From the IMG/VR virus record IMGVR_UViG_3300042905_003821: 20,000 bases of DNA. One strand, given 5' to 3'. Numbering within the stretch: position 1 is the stretch's first letter; each line of letters begins with the position of its first letter. A program made the translations under genes and the position numbers. The notes under the pieces are model-generated. The model was not told the origin of the DNA. It did not search any database and was given only the letters and a program-made list of their open reading frames with translations. Shown in pieces: positions 16,072-20,000 of this stretch. Source of the stretch: an uncultured virus (IMG/VR IMGVR_UViG_3300042905_003821) (Duplodnaviria; Heunggongvirae; Uroviricota; Caudoviricetes).

Positions 16072-16985
16072 TGAGCAAAACTACGATCATCCTCGGTGAT
16101 TGTCTGGAACTCCTAAAGGAGTTCCCAGACAATCACTTCGACCTGTGCATAACCTCGCCGCCCTACGAGGCGGCGAGGACATACGGCGAACTCGGATTCA
16201 GCCTCAAGGGCCAGGATTGGGTCAATTGGGCCGTCGAAAGATACGTTGAGTGTGTACGAGTCACCAAGGGCCTTGTGGCCTGGGTGATGGAGGGGCAGAC
16301 TCGGCAGTATCAATGGTCAGCAACGCCTGCGTTGCTGATGGCCGATCTGCACCGATACGGCGTTCGCTTGCGAAAGCCGCCTGCGTTCCACCGAGTCGGG
16401 ATACCCGGCTCGGGTGGGCCGGATTGGCTACGCAACGACTACGAGTTCATCGTCTGTAGCTCCAAGGGACGACTCCCTTGGAGCGACAACACAGCGATGG
16501 GACACCCGCCCAAGTATGCGCCGGGTGGGGATATGTCCCACAGAACCCAAAAAGGTGATCGAGTAGGCAAGATGGCCGAGAACGCCACTGAACCAAAAGC
16601 CGTTGCCTTTCTCAATGGGGATTTTCCCGCCGGGAGCAAACTCCACACAAAGAGTGACGGAACGTCCAGACGGGTCCAATGCTACGTCCCACCGGCCCGA
16701 GCTAATCCCGGCAACGTAATCAAGTGCTCGGTCGGGGGTGGTCGTATGGGCCACCCCCTCGCGCACGAAAACGAGGCTCCGTTTCCAACGAGCCTCGTTG
16801 AGTTTTTCGTCAAGTCGTTCTGCCCTCCGGGCGGAACGATCATTGACCCGTTTTGCGGCTCGGGTACAACCCTACAAGTAGGGTTGGAAACAGGCCGCAG
16901 CGTCGTTGGCATCGACATACGTGATTCCCAAACCAGCCTATCCCAAAAACGTATGGATTCTCTTGCCGATTTGAAGGGAAATTGA
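16071..16985 (+). CDS. DNA methyltransferase, beta class, SPPY type (probably N4-cytosine; 304 aa)
   Basis: ITSPPY, APFPTSLVEFFV and DPFCGSGTT motifs, with an AGGAG RBS. Confidence 0.9.
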   Translation: MSKTTIILGDCLELLKEFPDNHFDLCITSPPYEAARTYGELGFSLKGQDWVNWAVERYVECVRVTKGLVAWVMEGQTRQYQWSATPALLMADLHRYGVRLRKPPAFHRVGIPGSGGPDWLRNDYEFIVCSSKGRLPWSDNTAMGHPPKYAPGGDMSHRTQKGDRVGKMAENATEPKAVAFLNGDFPAGSKLHTKSDGTSRRVQCYVPPARANPGNVIKCSVGGGRMGHPLAHENEAPFPTSLVEFFVKSFCPPGGTIIDPFCGSGTTLQVGLETGRSVVGIDIRDSQTSLSQKRMDSLADLKGN

Positions 16986-16992
16986 CAAAATT

Positions 16993-17323
16993 GTGCTGAA
17001 TCCAAGCCTTTTGGTTGCTATCGGTCAGTATCATCATGCAAAGCTCCAACTTGTTCGGAGCTTTTTGCAGATGGAACCCGAGGACACTCGGGTTCCGGCT
17101 CCCCTAATTCCATACACTTTTGCGTTTGGATCGGGTGCAGCTACGGCGGAGATGTCACTTTGTGTGGATTGTGGTGGTAGGAAACTGAGTCTTGAGTTTG
17201 TTGAAGGGGGTGTCTTGCTGCGTGTGCAGGGCAATTCGGAGCCTCTAAAGGCTCCGAATCTCTCCGATTTGGTGGTTTTTTACTCGGAAAACGAGTTTTC
17301 CGAGTGGTTAGGAAGGATTTCAG

Positions 17324-17334
<11 letters not shown>
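16993..17334 (+). CDS. Hypothetical protein (113 aa)
   Basis: Fills the gap between MTase 2 and the next gene, with a short overlap. Confidence 0.6.
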
Positions 17335-19219
<1,885 letters not shown>

Positions 19220-19245
19220 CCTCCCAGCCCAACACCAACAACCAC

Positions 19246-19281
19246 AAAAACCGGCACTAATCCTGCCGGTTTTTTCGTTTT
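19246..19281 (+). terminator. Rho-independent terminator, possibly bidirectional
   Basis: aaaaaccggca-ctaatcc-tgccggttttttcgtttt after the 631-aa gene. Confidence 0.85.
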
Positions 19282-19282
19282 C

Positions 19283-19311
19283 GTGACAACCCAACCAACC
19301 TAAGATACACT
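19283..19311 (+). promoter_or_regulatory. Promoter GTGACA-N17-TACACT
   Basis: Near-consensus with ideal spacing, immediately after the terminator and upstream of ORF 19357. Confidence 0.6.
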
Positions 19312-19356
19312 AAAGGCAGATCCCCCAACCCATCCCCCACCCATAAGGAACCTGCC

Positions 19357-19602
19357 ATGATCGACCTTCCCACCCTACTCCTAGTGGTAGCCCTCCTAGC
19401 CCTTTGGTCCTACTCCGTCTCCCTCAATCGCCGCCTCACCGACGTAGAGGCTGTTCTCGACGATCAGGACGAAGAACTCGAATACTTCTGGGATTACCAG
19501 AACGAGCGGTGGCAAGCCACCGCCGAGCGGTTCGAGGTCGTCGATACGGCATTTGCTCAGATTTTCCATCGGGGCTCTGGTGGCCGGGACGACCTCTCCT
19601 GA
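19357..19602 (+). CDS. Small membrane protein with acidic coiled coil (81 aa)
   Basis: AAGGA RBS and TM LPTLLLVVALLALWSYSV, with its own promoter and terminator. Confidence 0.7.
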   Translation: MIDLPTLLLVVALLALWSYSVSLNRRLTDVEAVLDDQDEELEYFWDYQNERWQATAERFEVVDTAFAQIFHRGSGGRDDLS

Positions 19603-19655
19603 CCATCGATTCAGCATTGCTACACCCCGTGTAGCAATGCGACAAGTCCTGTAGC

Positions 19656-19682
19656 AAAGCCCCGGTTTACCGGGGCTTTTTT
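19656..19682 (+). terminator. Rho-independent terminator
   Basis: aaagccccggt-tt-accggggctttttt. Confidence 0.85.
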
Positions 19683-19839
19683 CGTTTGTGGGGCGTATCT
19701 CGCGTTTCATGTTCCACAAACAACGCAGGTGCGCTGTAATCAGAAATACAACCTGCTGGTGTTGTATTTCGTCTGGTTGGTGGTTTTCCCATACGGGAAA
19801 ACCACCTGTGGGCCGATATGGGAACCCCCATATCGGCTT

Positions 19840-19902
19840 GCTTGAGCGACCCGCGAAGCGGGTCGCGTGTGTTGGCTTGAGCGACCCGCGAAGCGGGTCG
19901 CG
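19840..19902. repeat. 28-bp direct repeat x2, each containing a 9-bp-stem GAA-triloop hairpin
   Basis: gcttgagcgacccgcgaagcgggtcgcg at 19840-19867 and 19875-19902. Confidence 0.95.
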
Positions 19903-20000
19903 GGGTGGGAAAAGCCGGAGTTTCTAAAAATTTTGAAAATTATATGCGTAGCTGGGCGGCTCCTGGGGGGATGCCTCCGGCTTGGCGTCCCGCCGCGGGC

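Noticed and set aside
16982..17010. Perfect TTGACA as a promoter
   Set aside because: No -10 at 16-18 bp spacing, and it coincides with the MTase stop codon.
19840..19902. CRISPR mini-array
   Set aside because: Only two 28-bp palindromic repeats separated by 7 bp, far too short for a spacer, and no cas genes.

Overview
Window from a tailed dsDNA phage or prophage (Caudoviricetes). The minus strand (about 1-13,620) is a head and neck morphogenesis operon: terminase large subunit, DUF1073-like portal, DUF2213-like prohead protease with a probable nested scaffold, decoration protein, encapsulin/Linocin-M18-like HK97-fold major capsid protein, and head-tail connector, closure and tail-completion genes. 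Between the capsid and neck genes lies a ~6 kb block of tightly coupled genes: six predicted membrane proteins including a holin-like one, a papain-family (C1) cysteine protease, a membrane-anchored thioredoxin-like protein with a metallothionein-like Cys cluster, and putative virion appendage proteins. The plus strand (about 13,700-19,600) carries hypothetical genes, two orphan N4/N6 DNA methyltransferases with a 31-aa membrane micro-ORF between them, and a 631-aa protein with a (DE)12 tract and tandem SH3/KOW-like repeats. The window ends in a dense non-coding hairpin array. The most interesting signals are the protease + thiol-oxidoreductase + holin block (a possible non-muramidase lysis or envelope system), a terminator/pseudoknot element after the capsid gene, an internal promoter for the scaffold with recurring Asn-ending putative cleavage motifs, and the hairpin array with GCGAAGC mini-hairpins. 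All family assignments come from motif recognition by eye; no database searches were run.
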